NCBI GenBank assembly: GCA_905331485.1
Contig: CAJNYT010002341.1
Span: 69,164 to 109,264 of the forward strand
From: Rotaria socialis
Taxonomy: Eukaryota
Length of the DNA stretch: 40,101 nt
Direction of reading: 5' to 3'
Under the pieces are notes generated by a model, which saw only the letters and a list, made by a program, of their open reading frames with translations, did not search any database and was not told the DNA's origin. The position numbers were made by a program, and so were the translations under genes. Positions 23,232-35,139 of this stretch are shown here, one piece after another. Numbering within the stretch: position 1 is the stretch's first letter; every line of letters starts with the position of its first letter.

Positions 23232-23639
23232 ATGAGAGAATTTGAACGAATCAAGCGAATTATAGATCTCGCAGCTCAACTGTGGACATATGATCATACT
23301 TTAACATTAGGTGCACTTCTCCAAAAATGGATTTGGACAGATTGGATAGAATCTCGAGGGGATATCTTTCATCCTGAAGACACTCAAACTGAGCAACGTT
23401 TCAATGAAGCCATTAACAAAGCTCAATTATTGTCAACATGTCCTTCAGAACTCACTGAGCTTCAGCAAGACATCATTCAGAAAATTAAAGAACTTTGGCA
23501 TCTTGTACCTGATCAACGTTTTGGACAATTTCTCTCAAATTATGCTTTTGGTCATTTCATGAGTCATCCGCCAAAGATGATGCTTCAACAAAATGATCAG
23601 ACTATTCTTGAAGCAATGCAAGAATGTCACAAAGCTTAA
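23232..23639 (+). CDS. hypothetical protein (136 aa from first internal Met; ORF open from 23091)
   Basis: The ORF gives MREFERIKRIIDLAAQLWTYDHTLTLGALLQKWIWTDWIESRGDIFHPEDTQTEQRFNEAINKAQLLSTCPSELTELQQDIIQKIKELWHLVPDQRFGQFLSNYAFGHFMSHPPKMMLQQNDQTILEAMQECHKA. No family was recognised by eye. The upstream part of the ORF contains GTACGTAAGT...TTTTAG, consistent with an intron preceding this exon. It is listed as coding only because it is long and has balanced composition. Confidence 0.3.
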   Translation: MREFERIKRIIDLAAQLWTYDHTLTLGALLQKWIWTDWIESRGDIFHPEDTQTEQRFNEAINKAQLLSTCPSELTELQQDIIQKIKELWHLVPDQRFGQFLSNYAFGHFMSHPPKMMLQQNDQTILEAMQECHKA

Positions 23640-24822
23640 TTTTGCTTTTTTTTCACGCGATCATAACCGAAGTTAAACACCCAATTCACTCATATTTCAT
23701 TTGATTTTAACATTACCTCTTTTCGTTAACAAATAAAAATAAATCCCTAGAGTGAATTATTCTACCGATAATAATTTACACGAGTAATAGCTACATCAAT
23801 ACTTCAGTTTGCTTTGCTTTATTAGAAAAACATTTTGTTTTCGTGCCTTTCATGCAGATCTAACGGGTTGCTTTTAATTTTTATCCATTGCAATATTAAT
23901 TTATACTTACTTTCGGATTCCATTTATGTTATCAAATGTAATGCATGCATGTTGTTTAGAAACAAAATAGTCTTAACAACAAGTGTAACTCGATACATAT
24001 ATTTTCATTCCTATTCATTGATTATAGAATGATCGAATTTCACATGTATTGATATTATTCTAAGCTATTGAAGAACCACATGTTACACTACGTACGTTGA
24101 GTCTCAATAAATAGTTCTAGAGTAGTAGCTGATTACATTCAAAGCAAATACGAAATTGTAACGTTTATCAAAATGAATAAACTGCCTACCAGTTTGAATT
24201 GAATAGAATAGAATAAATGACTTTGGAAATTACAAAATTATTAGAGCAATGGAAGAACAGTTAAACTTAATCAAAATTCTGACGTCTAAGAGCTACTTTC
24301 ATAAGAAAGTATTTCGAATTTTTAATCATTTTCAGAACACTATCTAGTAGCACCAAACACGAATGAAATCAATTTATAGGCACAATCGTACAGGACGAAA
24401 AAATGATTCGTGAGTCGATGGTGAAATATTTCCGTACCAGTTAAAAGAACTTAACGAAAAGTAAACGCATTATATTTTTCTTTCATTCTTGTTTGAACCA
24501 AAAGAGAGGCATGATACTTTAATCGATTTATTTCCAGTAGATTTGACGTATACGACTGAGAGAACATATGGCTTGACTATATTTTACTATAGAAGTAAAA
24601 TATTATTTTTAAAACTAATCCCCACTAACAGCTGAGAAATATCATCAATATGCTGGTCTCTGATGTTTCTTTCGATATTTTTCAGATTTTCTAATCTTTA
24701 AAAGAAAAAATTATAAATGTAATTGTTTATCTAATTTTTTTTATAAAAAGAAATTACTCGTGGTATAAATAGTCAATACATCTCATTGTTTTCATGATAG
24801 TCAGTGGGGAAAATGTGATGGA

Positions 24823-25698
24823 CTATGTCAACTTTTTACCGAACCAAATAGTTTCTGGATCTTGTTCAAGAACAGTGAAGCCAACTTTTGTATAAAAACG
24901 AAAAGCTCTAGCATTATTTGCAGACATTTCTAAATATAAAAAGATTGCTTTCACAAAATGTTGTTAACGTGAAAATAGAATTTGGCATACGTAAATGAAC
25001 GCCTTTCGATCCAAGTCGTTTCAATTCATCTACGATGTGATGAATCATTTTTGTCCCATAACCTTGTCCTTTAATATTAAAATTATTAGATGTTTTTATT
25101 TTTAATATATCAAGTAACCTTGAGCTTTTGGAAGGAGATCAATATGAAGATGTGATGGATAGTCATCGAAAAGTTTAAATGACTGTAAGTTATCGTTGTG
25201 AAAACTGCGTAAAACTTCTCGATCTTGTTTCACACTTTCTTCGTCTACAACAGTAAATCCAAAAAATTGTCAAATAATTTACAAAAATGTTTTATGCCAA
25301 TATTTATTTAAATATTTGCCCTCATTGAATTTTAACTCCCGACCAAAAAAAGGCATACTTCATTAACCTGATGGAACTTTTGGATACAATTGTTTTACTT
25401 TTGAAAGCCATTCATTCACGTATTGTTGGTAGAAAATATCAGAATGTAAAGTACCAAGTACATAGCCGCATACATTGCCTTCCAAATCTTCTAAGATAAA
25501 TGCAAGTTCCGGAGATAAATGAATGTATGGTGAAACGAATCGATATCCCAATAGTTTCGGATCATCATACAGCAAAGTTGCATCGTTACCGGCATCTCCA
25601 GTCTTTAAACAAACATCAATAGCACTCTCTTCATCCGCGATCGTACACGGACGAATGTTGAAAGATTGTAAAATCGACTGGTTGTTTGTAGCTGTCAT
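24823..25698 (-). CDS. GNAT-family N-acetyltransferase, 4 exons
   Basis: Minus-strand model with exons 25698-25368, 25244-25119, 25068-24990 and 24947-24823 (plus-strand coordinates). The donors read GTTAATG, GTTACTTG and GTATGCC on the minus strand. Exon 1 is MTATNNQSILQSFNIRPCTIADEESAIDVCLKTGDAGNDATLLYDDPKLLGYRFVSPYIHLSPELAFILEDLEGNVCGYVLGTLHSDIF.... Exon 2 is DEESVKQDREVLRSFHNDNLQSFKLFDDYPSHLHIDLLPKAQG. Exon 3 is QGYGTKMIHHIVDELKRLGSKGVHL (the acetyl-CoA motif A, Q/RxxGxG). Exon 4 is ..IFLYLEMSANNARAFRFYTKVGFTVLEQDPETIWFGKKLT* (the N..A..FY.K.GF motif). The exon 3/4 junction, with a 43-nt intron, is the least certain. Confidence 0.7.
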
Positions 25699-26359
25699 AG
25701 GATGTGATGATATCGAAGTAAAGAAGAAAAAAGGACTCTTTACAATAGATAAGAAATTATATAGTTTTCAGAGTCTTATCATATCGCATACAAAAAGACC
25801 TGCTTGTCCTATTTAAGCAAAAGTTAAAATTCAATAATAACAAGTACGATTGGCCTAGCTTATTAATTTAAGATAATCTTGTTATCAAACAGTGCCAAAA
25901 GAACTCGTTCATGATGCTAAATAAAAAATGAACTATTTAGTAAATCTAAATTCTAGACTGGTAGTTTTTTGATGAAATGCCAACCACTGAAACAGTTTTT
26001 CGGTTTGTTTCACAAGCATTTGCCTGTATTGAACAACAAATCAAATAAACGTTCATCGGATAGGTGAAGCAAATTAGAGAAGCAGAAAAGGATCATACGA
26101 GCAAAATAATACACAAGATCTACTGGTCTTTCAAATAAAATGAAATGTATCGTCATAGGAGAAAAGTACGCTGAACACTTGAATAATTGTATGATCGGTT
26201 CAATTTGTTGAGCTGTCATATAATTTGGCTGATTATTCGATCAGAAATGACGTGATTCGTATGCTTCTTGGGGAGGTGGTCTATTGTATATTGGTTGAGA
26301 GAAAGTTGGCTGATTGGTAACCTGATAACTCATCTGTTGATTGCTTCGTCCATTGTGAC

Positions 26360-26802
26360 CTAAATACAGGAATTCTTAGATAATGGGATTAATTGCAGTT
26401 GCTTGCCTCTCGATTTCATCTCACGAGCCTCCTGACATAATGCGCATGGACCACAACACAACGTAGCTGGTATATCACTACAGGTTGCATCTTCACGTAG
26501 GTTATAGATTCTTCGAAGTTTTTCTCTTTTTAAATAGTGTGGTAGCCAGCACATATAGAAATGTGCTAGCAACCAGTATATACAACAGAATCCCAAGCAA
26601 CTACTGTCATCAATTTTCTCAGCATTTGAACCAAATAAACATGGCGTACAGCAACATCCAAAACAACATATGGGAAAATCATCGCAGCAGCCAAATAAGC
26701 TTTCTAGAATTGAATGTTAAAACATATTTATTTTTTGTTAATGATCATAGTTTCAGGCATAAAAAATTATACTTACCGTTCCAAGTATTCATTTCCGCCA
26801 TT
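26360..26802 (-). CDS. PLAC8 / cornifelin-family cysteine-rich protein, 2 exons
   Basis: Minus-strand exon 1 is 26802-26777 (MAEMNTWN, donor GTAAGTAT). Exon 2 is 26703-26360. The product is MAEMNTWNESLFGCCDDFPICCFGCCCTPCLFGSNAEKIDDSSCLGFCCIYWLLAHFYMCWLPHYLKREKLRRIYNLREDATCSDIPATLCCGPCALCQEAREMKSRGKQLQLIPLSKNSCI*. It carries the two hallmark PLAC8 cysteine clusters: CC..FP.CCFGCCC.PC near the N-terminus and LCCGPCALCQEAREM near the C-terminus. Confidence 0.75.
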
Positions 26803-28298
26803 TTTTGTACGTCTCGAAGAGTAAAATTTTATCTAGAATATATTTTTAAGAACTCTGGTATATGCCTTTCCTTGAGAAAATTTATCTGGTGTAAACTATC
26901 GGTTCTTGATTGTGATGCTAATCTTGCTCGTTCTAAACATCATCATACTCATGCAAACAAACAGTAACAAGCGAATGGATTTATATTGATTTCTGCATAT
27001 GCTTGTCTCACTTTTGCGTACATTCTCAGTTTCTTGGCATTGATTTATACTTTTCACTCATGCAAATAGTCTACATTTCTACTATATCGAATAACCATTT
27101 TCTGAAGTATTATTTAGGACACAATCTCTCGAATTGGCAGTACTTACTTGCATGTGAAACAGAATCCGAAGTCTATGAAAGGAATCATGGTGAAAAGAAA
27201 AATACATATTTTATTTGATAATCGCAACTCATGTTATGCATTTTTTGACGTCATTTCATACTTTTTTGTTAATATAATAGCTTATGCAAATAGAACATCG
27301 CATAAACTTATTCCACAGCTAAAATACATGTCACGGCTATTTGAATTGTACGCTTTTAACTGTGCTTTACAAACAGTTAAAGGAAAGAAAAAAAACTTAA
27401 GAATCGACCTCGCTCGCTCGCAAGCATGATAGAATATTACCTTGAAGCTGTTAATATTTTTTTAAATCAAAAGTGTTCAATTTTTATTTTGATTAGTTAT
27501 AACGATTTGATAATTATCGAGAATGCTCATTAGTACTTCTGTAAGTTCTCATTAGATGAAATACTGGTTTTTGTTGACTCATGATAAGTTTTATATTTTG
27601 ATTTTTAATCATTTATTTAAAGAGAATTCAAGTTTAGTATGCAATATAACCTAGAGGGTAGAATGAGTAAAAATCCTGTCCTCTATTCTCTTCTTTCCAT
27701 TCAGTTGAGTAAGTAATTAGTACAAATACAAATGGGTATAGTCTGTAATAACTAAGTCAAATCTCACGAATGTAACCTTTCAATTTGTTTGTATTGAAAA
27801 AAACAGAAATTTTTACTGTTGTTGATATTTTAGTAAAAAATGGCACAGTTTTCCTTGTAGCCCGTTTCAATTAATAATTTATAAACAACAAATAAGCATA
27901 TTAATTATGTGAGCTGTTGCCGATAGTGATTACTAGTTTACAACATCAAGATGAACTGTTTGCAGTTTAATTTTATGATAAAACTTTATTTACGGGCACT
28001 TAGAAATAAATTCTTAGACATAGGGTGAGTCAATGTCTGCATTTTTCGATCGTCGATGATATCTTGACATTTTCCACGGATAGCATATTTCTTTATTGTT
28101 TTACTACTAGTTTTAAAATAGACTTCGTGTTTTGGGCATTCGAATTTGTTTCTTTGTTTGATGAAGTTATCTTCGATAGCCGAAATAATGAAAAACCTCC
28201 ATCGCACTAAGTGTTGACATAAGTATAATGATAGATTTTACCTACGGTCAAATAATTTCTTCTTTGTCTACTATTTAAAAACAATTCGTGTACATAAA

Positions 28299-28604
28299 CT
28301 TGTCAATCCAGGTCGAACAGTACGATCCGTATACGGTCGTTTACGGTTACTTTACGACTATTTTCCGGGCGAAAATTTGCCGTAATATCTGGCGCAGTAA
28401 TACGGACCATATGATCATGAGAGTACGGAGCACAAACAGCCGTAAACCATGAAGGTTCAGTCTCGTTTACGGTGCCGTATTACTGTGCCAGGTATTACGA
28501 GCAAATACGGCCTATTTACTGCCATAAATACATCGTTTTGACATCGTTAACCGTCGATAAACAGACCGTAAACGAGTCCGTTTTGATCAACCTGGACAAT
28601 CAAG
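28299..28604. mobile_element. GC-rich palindromic MITE (~300 bp) with CTTGTCAATCCAGGTCGAAC termini and an internal inverted repeat
   Basis: The 5' end cttgtcaatccaggtcgaacagtacgatccgtatacggtcgtttacgg corresponds to the 3' end ccgtaaacgagtccgttttgatcaacctggacaatcaag in reverse complement. Internally, cgtaatatctggcgcagtaatacgg pairs with ccgtattactgtgccaggtattacg. GC content is much higher than in the flanks. A second, shorter family member is at 35729-35856. Confidence 0.5.
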
Positions 28605-29589
28605 TATTTATTTTTATTAACTGTAAAACAATATACTATATACTATAAACAAAGTCTCTCATTTCTCGATAATATTAGTATTATAAATAATACCCTGAGT
28701 ATTGAGGAGAATCTGCATATCTTTCTTCTCATATTTCACAATACAGTATAATAATAAATAATAATACACGTTCTAAGAACAACAATTATTATTAAACTGC
28801 TTTATTACATTGGAGTCGGAACACTTTTGATCACCAAATTTTCTTAGTATTAATTTTACATCATTTATTTTTCAAAAAGCTATAGTATATAGAAAAAACA
28901 TTTACACATAAGGCAAAAGAAGATACTTTTAAAAGCTCAGCTAAATCTTAAGGGTATGACTATTAGTATCTTCTTCACCCACACCCTAAAGATAAACCTT
29001 GATTTTGTTTATCTGGCATCGCTAATAGGAAGGGAGTAATGGTTTTCAAGTATTTAGTTATGTCCTGAAAATCAGGAAAAACCAATGATTTTACTGATTC
29101 AGTAGCCGGCTCTATTACAGCCACTAGCCGACGATTTCTTCAAATAAATTGCAATTGACCTCTATTTACCTGACTTTTATGCCAGGGATAAAATTTTAAA
29201 ATCATTTTAAATGGAATTTTTGAAAACGAAATTCAGCTGTCTTATACTAAGAAGCGAGAATTCGATGTTAACCTAATTAGACACCAATGCAATTCGAAAA
29301 ATATGCCATTGAACACAAATTAGAAGTAGCTGAAATGTGGACTGGCAATCTAAGAACACATCATTGGTCGAAAAAACATGAAAAATAAATAATAATAGAA
29401 GATTTTATACTTGGCCGAGCCTACTGACTCCGCCCCCATTACCCTCATCAATATCTACATCTACGCACTGGCACTTCTTGGATATTATATATGTCTACTC
29501 ATGACAGTGGAATTTGTTTTTTTACTAATGTTTGATGGAAAATGTATATTAGGTGGATAAAATTTCGTTTTTTAAAAGTGTGTCTCCTA

Positions 29590-31775
29590 CACTGAAAAGA
29601 AAAAAGGAACCGTACCGAACTTAAAAAGGTTCCGAATTTTGAAACGAATTCTAAACCTTTTTAAGTATCGTACGAAACTGGTTTAGTATGAAACTTATTC
29701 CAATAGACAAACTTAAAATTAGATTTTGCAGATTAAGTTCCGCAATACCAATTTAATAATAGAGCTGTCATCAAGCCGGTGTACTAAGTCACCGGAAAAT
29801 ATGAAATTCAAATCTATTTTGCCTTTTGCCTTTTACATTGTATTGAAGTAGAATAGGAGTTTGTTTGAGAGCAGCACTATTGACCCAAGTTATCCTTTTC
29901 TTGCGTTAGAAATCTTTACGTCGATCATCAAACTCCAAAAACTCATATTTTCAAATATATCTCTTACACAGAAAAGGAATAAACGGGATCAATAATGCTG
30001 TTCTCAGTTAGCTTACCACTCTACTTCAAAATAGTATAAACAGATCAACTCATCTTGAATTTCATATTTTTCGATGGCCAGACAGGCCGTTATAATGGCA
30101 TTTCTGCTTTACAGAACTCGATACGCAAAGTTAAAACGTCAGAGTTGCACTCTTATCATCGCAAACTCCTCCTATTATTTCAAATTCACCCAAATTAAGG
30201 TCGATTCTCCCAGAATTACCGTTCAGAACGGATTCAAAATGCTCTTTATAGTTGTCTAATCTTAGCTTCAGAGATTAAGACTCTAGGAAAGACCCGATGA
30301 GACGTTCAAAATATAACAGGAGGATACCAAACGAACAACCTAACTTGATTGGCTTTACATAAGACACAAATAGAAAATATTTCAATGAATTAGTCAGACT
30401 TGCCAACTATTAAAAACACTAGACCATAACCAGATTATTGACTCGAATAATCCGAACCGAGCCAAAGTTTAAATATGACATCCATATCGATATCAATACT
30501 TCGGTTTAATAATCATGCAATAGAAAAAATGATCGTAGTTTTCGTGTTGAAATTATTTGCCAAATTGTTTAGTTGGGTAATCTGAATGAAAGAAACATAG
30601 GTGGAGGCTAGCTATAAGTAAATATTTCCAATTAATAATCTGCAACGATGAAAAAGCGCCTATACTATTCAATGTAGAATCACTTGAAATACCACTCGGT
30701 TGCATAGTGATTTGTGCGAAGAAAAGAATTTTCGAAGTTAAATTTAACTTGGAGTGAAATTTTATATATAACACGCTACAACAAAGAAAAGAAAATTATT
30801 CTGTAAAATCCTGAGCTACCTGAAATATTCTTCAGTTCTGCAAGTTGAACGAAACAAAGCGTTTTCAGATTTACATTTAGATTGAGAAGAGTATTTCTAT
30901 CTAATAATTTACAATAGAGGAAAGAAGGATATACAGTAATCCCAAATATGGATTTACCTGAAATATTGTTAAGATGAACGACTTAGACGAAAGAAGCTTT
31001 TTGAAAGTTGAATGAAACCTGGAGCGAGTATTTTGATCTAATAATATAAAACAAAGATATAGTGATAGTGTTAAATGTAGAATTACCTGAAGTAATGTTG
31101 AATGGAACGACTTGAAAGAAATGTAACCCTTTCAATATACAATATAACTGCAAAGATAAATTCTAGTAATCTATGGCAGAAGAAGAAACAAATATAACTG
31201 CTGCAAGTAAAATTTTCTTATTTGTTCACCTCAAAGATTTGAAGAGCAATGTGAGTACTGAATGTAATTTGAGATAAATGTTTGAATTAGGTAATCTAAA
31301 ACAGAAAAACAAAAATTGTCATTCAAAAGATAGAATTACCTGGCAAGTAGTTCTGTTGGACAACGTGTAAAAAAACACTGACATTGGCTCTAAATATGCA
31401 TCATATAAACATTGAATTTGAAAAGTCTATAATGGATAGCTGAGATTGATAGTTTTAAGGATAAGCGTACATCATGGAGGATTGTGATGGCGAACTTAAA
31501 AGAAAAGTGCTTCAATTTTTTCAGTTGGAGGAACCTATTAGAGGTATATTACGAAACGTGCAAGGGTTTCATACGAAACTTGACTCAACTTTGACTTTCA
31601 CAAAAGTATGGCACGAAGCCTCTATCACTTTCAAAACCGTATAAAACGATCGCACCGAACCTTTTCTAGTACTAAACCTACAAAAGGTTTCGCAGGTCCA
31701 TACCATAACTCTAAGGGTTTAATAAGGTACCACCAAACCGTACAGGTTCCGTAAAGCACCTTTATGTTTTTCAGT
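29590..31775. mobile_element. Tc1/mariner-like non-autonomous DNA transposon (~2.2 kb) with TA target-site duplication
   Basis: Left end is ta|cactgaaaagaaaaaaggaaccgtaccgaac. Right end is ...ccgtacaggttccgtaaagcacctttatgtttttcagtg|ta. The ends are imperfect inverted repeats (CACTGAAAAG... / ...CTTTTCAGTG, with GGAACCGTAC subterminal similarity). TA dinucleotides flank both ends (29588-29589 and 31776-31777). No transposase ORF is present. Confidence 0.5.
30560..31350. repeat. degenerate tandem array (~6 copies of a ~130-bp unit) inside the Tc1-like element
   Basis: The recurring unit is ...aattacctgaa(a/g)ta(tt/at)gtt(c/a)a...gaacgacttagacgaaag.. / ..ttgaatg(a/g)aac.. The unit is seen at ~30816, 30954 and 31084, with degenerate copies at ~30590, 30690, 31200 and 31336. 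Confidence 0.5.
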
Positions 31776-32088
31776 GTACGATATTAGAATTCTAGGGTAA
31801 TGAGATGCGTTGGATATGTTGTTCGCTTGGCGCAAATTTGGAGGATTAAAGATGTTTTCGTAAATTTTATGAATATAGGATAGATTTTATACGAAATGAA
31901 GGGAGTCTAAAACATCTATTTTAATTGAAAGCATCGCCATTTCTAATTTATTTAAAACTTACTGATGTCTCTGGTAAACGTGAAATTTATACATAACAAT
32001 GTTCTGCGCGCGGCAGAACTTCGAATTCCAATCAACACAATGTTTAGTGAAGGACTGGTGACGTTGAGCTGTGTGTTCCGCTACTACC

Positions 32089-32585
32089 AAGGGGAAACAG
32101 CAGACTCCATGACTCCATCTGATTCCGCTTGACTCCGCTTAACTTCAAGAAGATGAAGTCTCTCATTTCCCTCTTGACAGCATGACTCAATACCCGAAAG
32201 TTGAATCCCCATTACAGAATAAACAGCTCAGCTTTGGGAATTCTACTTCCGGGTAATGAGTAATATTGTTCTGTTATGGGAAGTTTTTTTGGACAATTTC
32301 TGACAAAGAAGGAAACTAATAGCCATTTTATATAATGATACATATGATAGAAAAACGTAAAAACGTATCAGTTTCCCATTTCTATAATGGTTTCTTCGAG
32401 ATCAGCAGGGATCTTGCCGATACTTATTGTGACTCCAAGAGACCCCGTGCGACTCCTCATGTTTAGGTATGACTCCCTGGGATCCTATGTGATTCTATGC
32501 AACCAGGTGGCTCCATGTGATTCCGGATGACTCCACTTGACTCCAACTGACTCCGAGAAGTTGGAGTCTGCTGTTTCCCCTTTGG
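32089..32585. mobile_element. 0.5-kb MITE (hAT-like by duplication length) flanked by a perfect 8-bp direct repeat CTACTACC
   Basis: Left side is gttccg[ctactacc]aaggggaaacagcagactccatgactcc.... Right side is ...gactccgagaagttggagtctgctgtttcccctttgg[ctactacc]gatag. The inverted ends read AAGGGGAAACAGCAGACTCC / GGAGTCTGCTGTTTCCCCTTTGG. Subterminal GACTCC repeats are present. The 8-bp direct repeats sit at 32081-32088 and 32586-32593. Confidence 0.55.
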
Positions 32586-32880
32586 CTACTACCGATAGAA
32601 TTCTATTTTATGTTCTGCTGGTCTTTTTAACTTCTCCATAAGAAATTATTCTAGTTACCCTTGTTTCGTATTTTTATACTAATATTTGATTATACTTCTG
32701 CTATACTACCGGTAGAATTCTATTTTCCCCTTATGGTAGTCCGTACGTTTATATTATGCTACTTTTTCGCTATGTGCCAAATTACAAAATTCTGAATTCT
32801 GCTGGTTAGGCATTCTGTAGGCCTTCTAAAATGCTACTCGAAAAAACGAAACGTGTTTTAACTATTGAACAAATTTATCA

Positions 32881-33086
32881 TTTAATTATTATTGAAAAAG
32901 ATTCCCAGCAGAATCATTCCAGTAATCGGATCTGACAGTAGTTCGATCGGATTTTGTGTGAATTTCTATAAAGCCGACGGATTCTTGTCGGATCGTAGTT
33001 GTTATCTGATCATATCTTACTGTCGGATCTGATGGAACCCATATCAGGGCTATAACTAGCCTCTAGTGCTGGTTGCAAAATACGAC
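32881..33086. repeat. left part of a CGGATC/GACAGT-motif repeat, interrupted by the hAT insertion
   Basis: gattcccagcagaatcattccagtaatcggatctgacagtagttcgatcgg...cttgtcggatcgtag...tactgtcggatctgatgg. This is contiguous with 35148-35530 once the hAT element and one copy of its duplication are removed. Confidence 0.4.
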
Positions 33087-33094
33087 CTTCCCAG

Positions 33095-35139
33095 CAGAGA
33101 TGGGCGAGTCCGAGTCGACTCGAGTCGCATTTTTTTAATGATTCTGACTTGACTCGGACTCGAAAATTAGTAGGTGTTGACTCGACTGTGTGACTCGAGT
33201 CATCCTTTCAAAAAAAACTTTCATCTGCTTTTTTAAAAAAACCAGAATTTTCAGTATGAACTGTCACTGTATATCAGGCTTGCCAAGTTGAAATTTCAGA
33301 AATCAGGAGTTTTTTATCAAAAAACAGGAGTTTAGCAGGAGAATTTCTTTTAGAAATCAGGTGAAAAATCAGGAGATTTTCTATTTAAAGTTAAGAAAAC
33401 ATTAAGCGATTTTTTCGTAGAAAATTCGAATTTTCACTCACATAAGCATTTTTATCTGTTTCATATCAAGATGATGATCAATATTTTAATACAAATGATA
33501 TTGTTTTCATTCGAGTTCTAACACAAGTAATACCCTTTGCTATACACGTAGAGGAATTATAAAAACATTTTTTCAGTTCTATCTATTATGCACATTGGAC
33601 CAGTTAATATTCTTATCTGGAGTCTTGCGAGACTTCTTTTTCATTCTGATCGATCAGTCAAAATTCCTTTTTTATTCTGAAGTTCAAGCAAAAGAATTTA
33701 CATAAATTAATAGAACGAGAGAAATACTCTCACCAGAGTTGGTAAAAAGACAATCATTTTTTATTTCTTCCATCACTGTATGAATCGCTTATCACATGGG
33801 TCTTCGCTCATTTTTACAACGAGTGTTTTATACGTTAATATGTTATAAAAACAAGATAAGTTAACCTTTAACAAACTAAATTGTTGTTCTCTTAAGCTTT
33901 TTATGATTTATTAAATGAGCATTTTGTCGAAATGTTCATTACTTCTGCTTATTTTTTATTGATGTCTTCACTTCTTTTTGCTGTATTATAGATCTATTCA
34001 TTCTTTTCATGTTTATAATTCCTACCAAACCTTGACAACAAAATAGCAGCACAAATGAGCCTATAGCAACTGCATCGTAATAATGAAAATGAAGCGTAGA
34101 AGTCTTGCTAGGTCATTTAAGATATTGTCCTATTCTGAGCTAAAAGGGGTCCTACTTGATTTCCAGGAAATCCAAAATTCATTCCAGATGAGAGACATCG
34201 TGTCCGACCATTCAAAATTTTGTCTACCAGTCTCTTGTCTGATTTTCAAGATCTTGTTTTCTAGACAATAACATATGCTTTTCTGCTATCTACAGTAAAA
34301 CAAGTACTTTGTCTACAATTAGATCATGTAATTGATGATTTTTTTAAAGAAAAATGAGATAATAGCATGTCTTTTTTTATTCGTTTCTATAGTTATTAAA
34401 TACTGCGATAGTTCTCTTTTTTCCTTTTAATTCTCTTATTGATCTAGAGTATCGCTGACAATCAAGTAGGGGAAAATCTAAAAATCAGGAGAAAATGTTG
34501 AAAATCAGCTGCTGAAACCAGGAGATTTTCTATCAGGATAGCTGTCCAAAAATCAGGAGTCTCCTGGTCAAATCGGGAGTTTTGGCAATCCTGCTGTATA
34601 TATACTTTATTACGATGAAATAAATAGAAAAATTCTATTGCATCGTACATATTCGCTATCACTTTGTTCTTTGTGTATCCATTATTGATTCTTAATCAAA
34701 TTAGTTGTTTTACAGACATGTGCACGTTATTCAACAACTGCTTTAATTGTATAACAGACTGATCATACACTAATTTCTTTTGCTATGCATTAATTTTTTT
34801 GATCTTCAGATACAAAATTATGACCATGAAAGAGAGACTGTGTATCATATAAAAACATCGGAAAAGAAATTTGAAAATATCACTAACCGAAAATTTTGAT
34901 AATTGACAGTACATGTCTTCTTAATTAAAAATATTGGTGAATGAAAAAGCATCTTATGAGAGATATAAATTTGTTAAATCAAGTGTAGGATGTGGGTGTG
35001 GGTATAGAAGAACAGATACGCACTCAGCACCCACACCCCCACCCAAAATTGACAAAAATATTTTGACTCGACTCGACTCGATAAGGCCGGTGACTTGACT
35101 TGACTCGACTCGAAAAAAGGCTGGACTCGCCCATCTCTG
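33095..35139. mobile_element. hAT-superfamily non-autonomous DNA transposon (2045 bp) with CAGAGATGGGCGAGTC terminal inverted repeats and a perfect 8-bp target-site duplication CTTCCCAG
   Basis: Left junction is cgac[cttcccag]CAGAGATGGGCGAGTCcgagtcgactcgagtcg.... Right junction is ...cgactcgaaaaaaggctgGACTCGCCCATCTCTG[cttcccag]gtgaatg. The ends are 16-19-bp perfect inverted repeats beginning CAGAG, like hobo, Hermes and Tol2. Subterminal GACTCG repeats are present on both sides. The duplications sit at 33087-33094 and 35140-35147. Internally there are two direct clusters of AATCAGGAG motifs (33300-33380 and 34480-34580). There is no transposase ORF; the largest ORFs are 62-66 aa. Confidence 0.75.

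Noticed and set aside
26485-26967. 160-aa plus-strand ORF
   Set aside because: It overlaps the PLAC8 gene on the opposite strand. It spans that gene's exon 2, intron and exon 1, and it has no recognisable domain. It is a shadow ORF.
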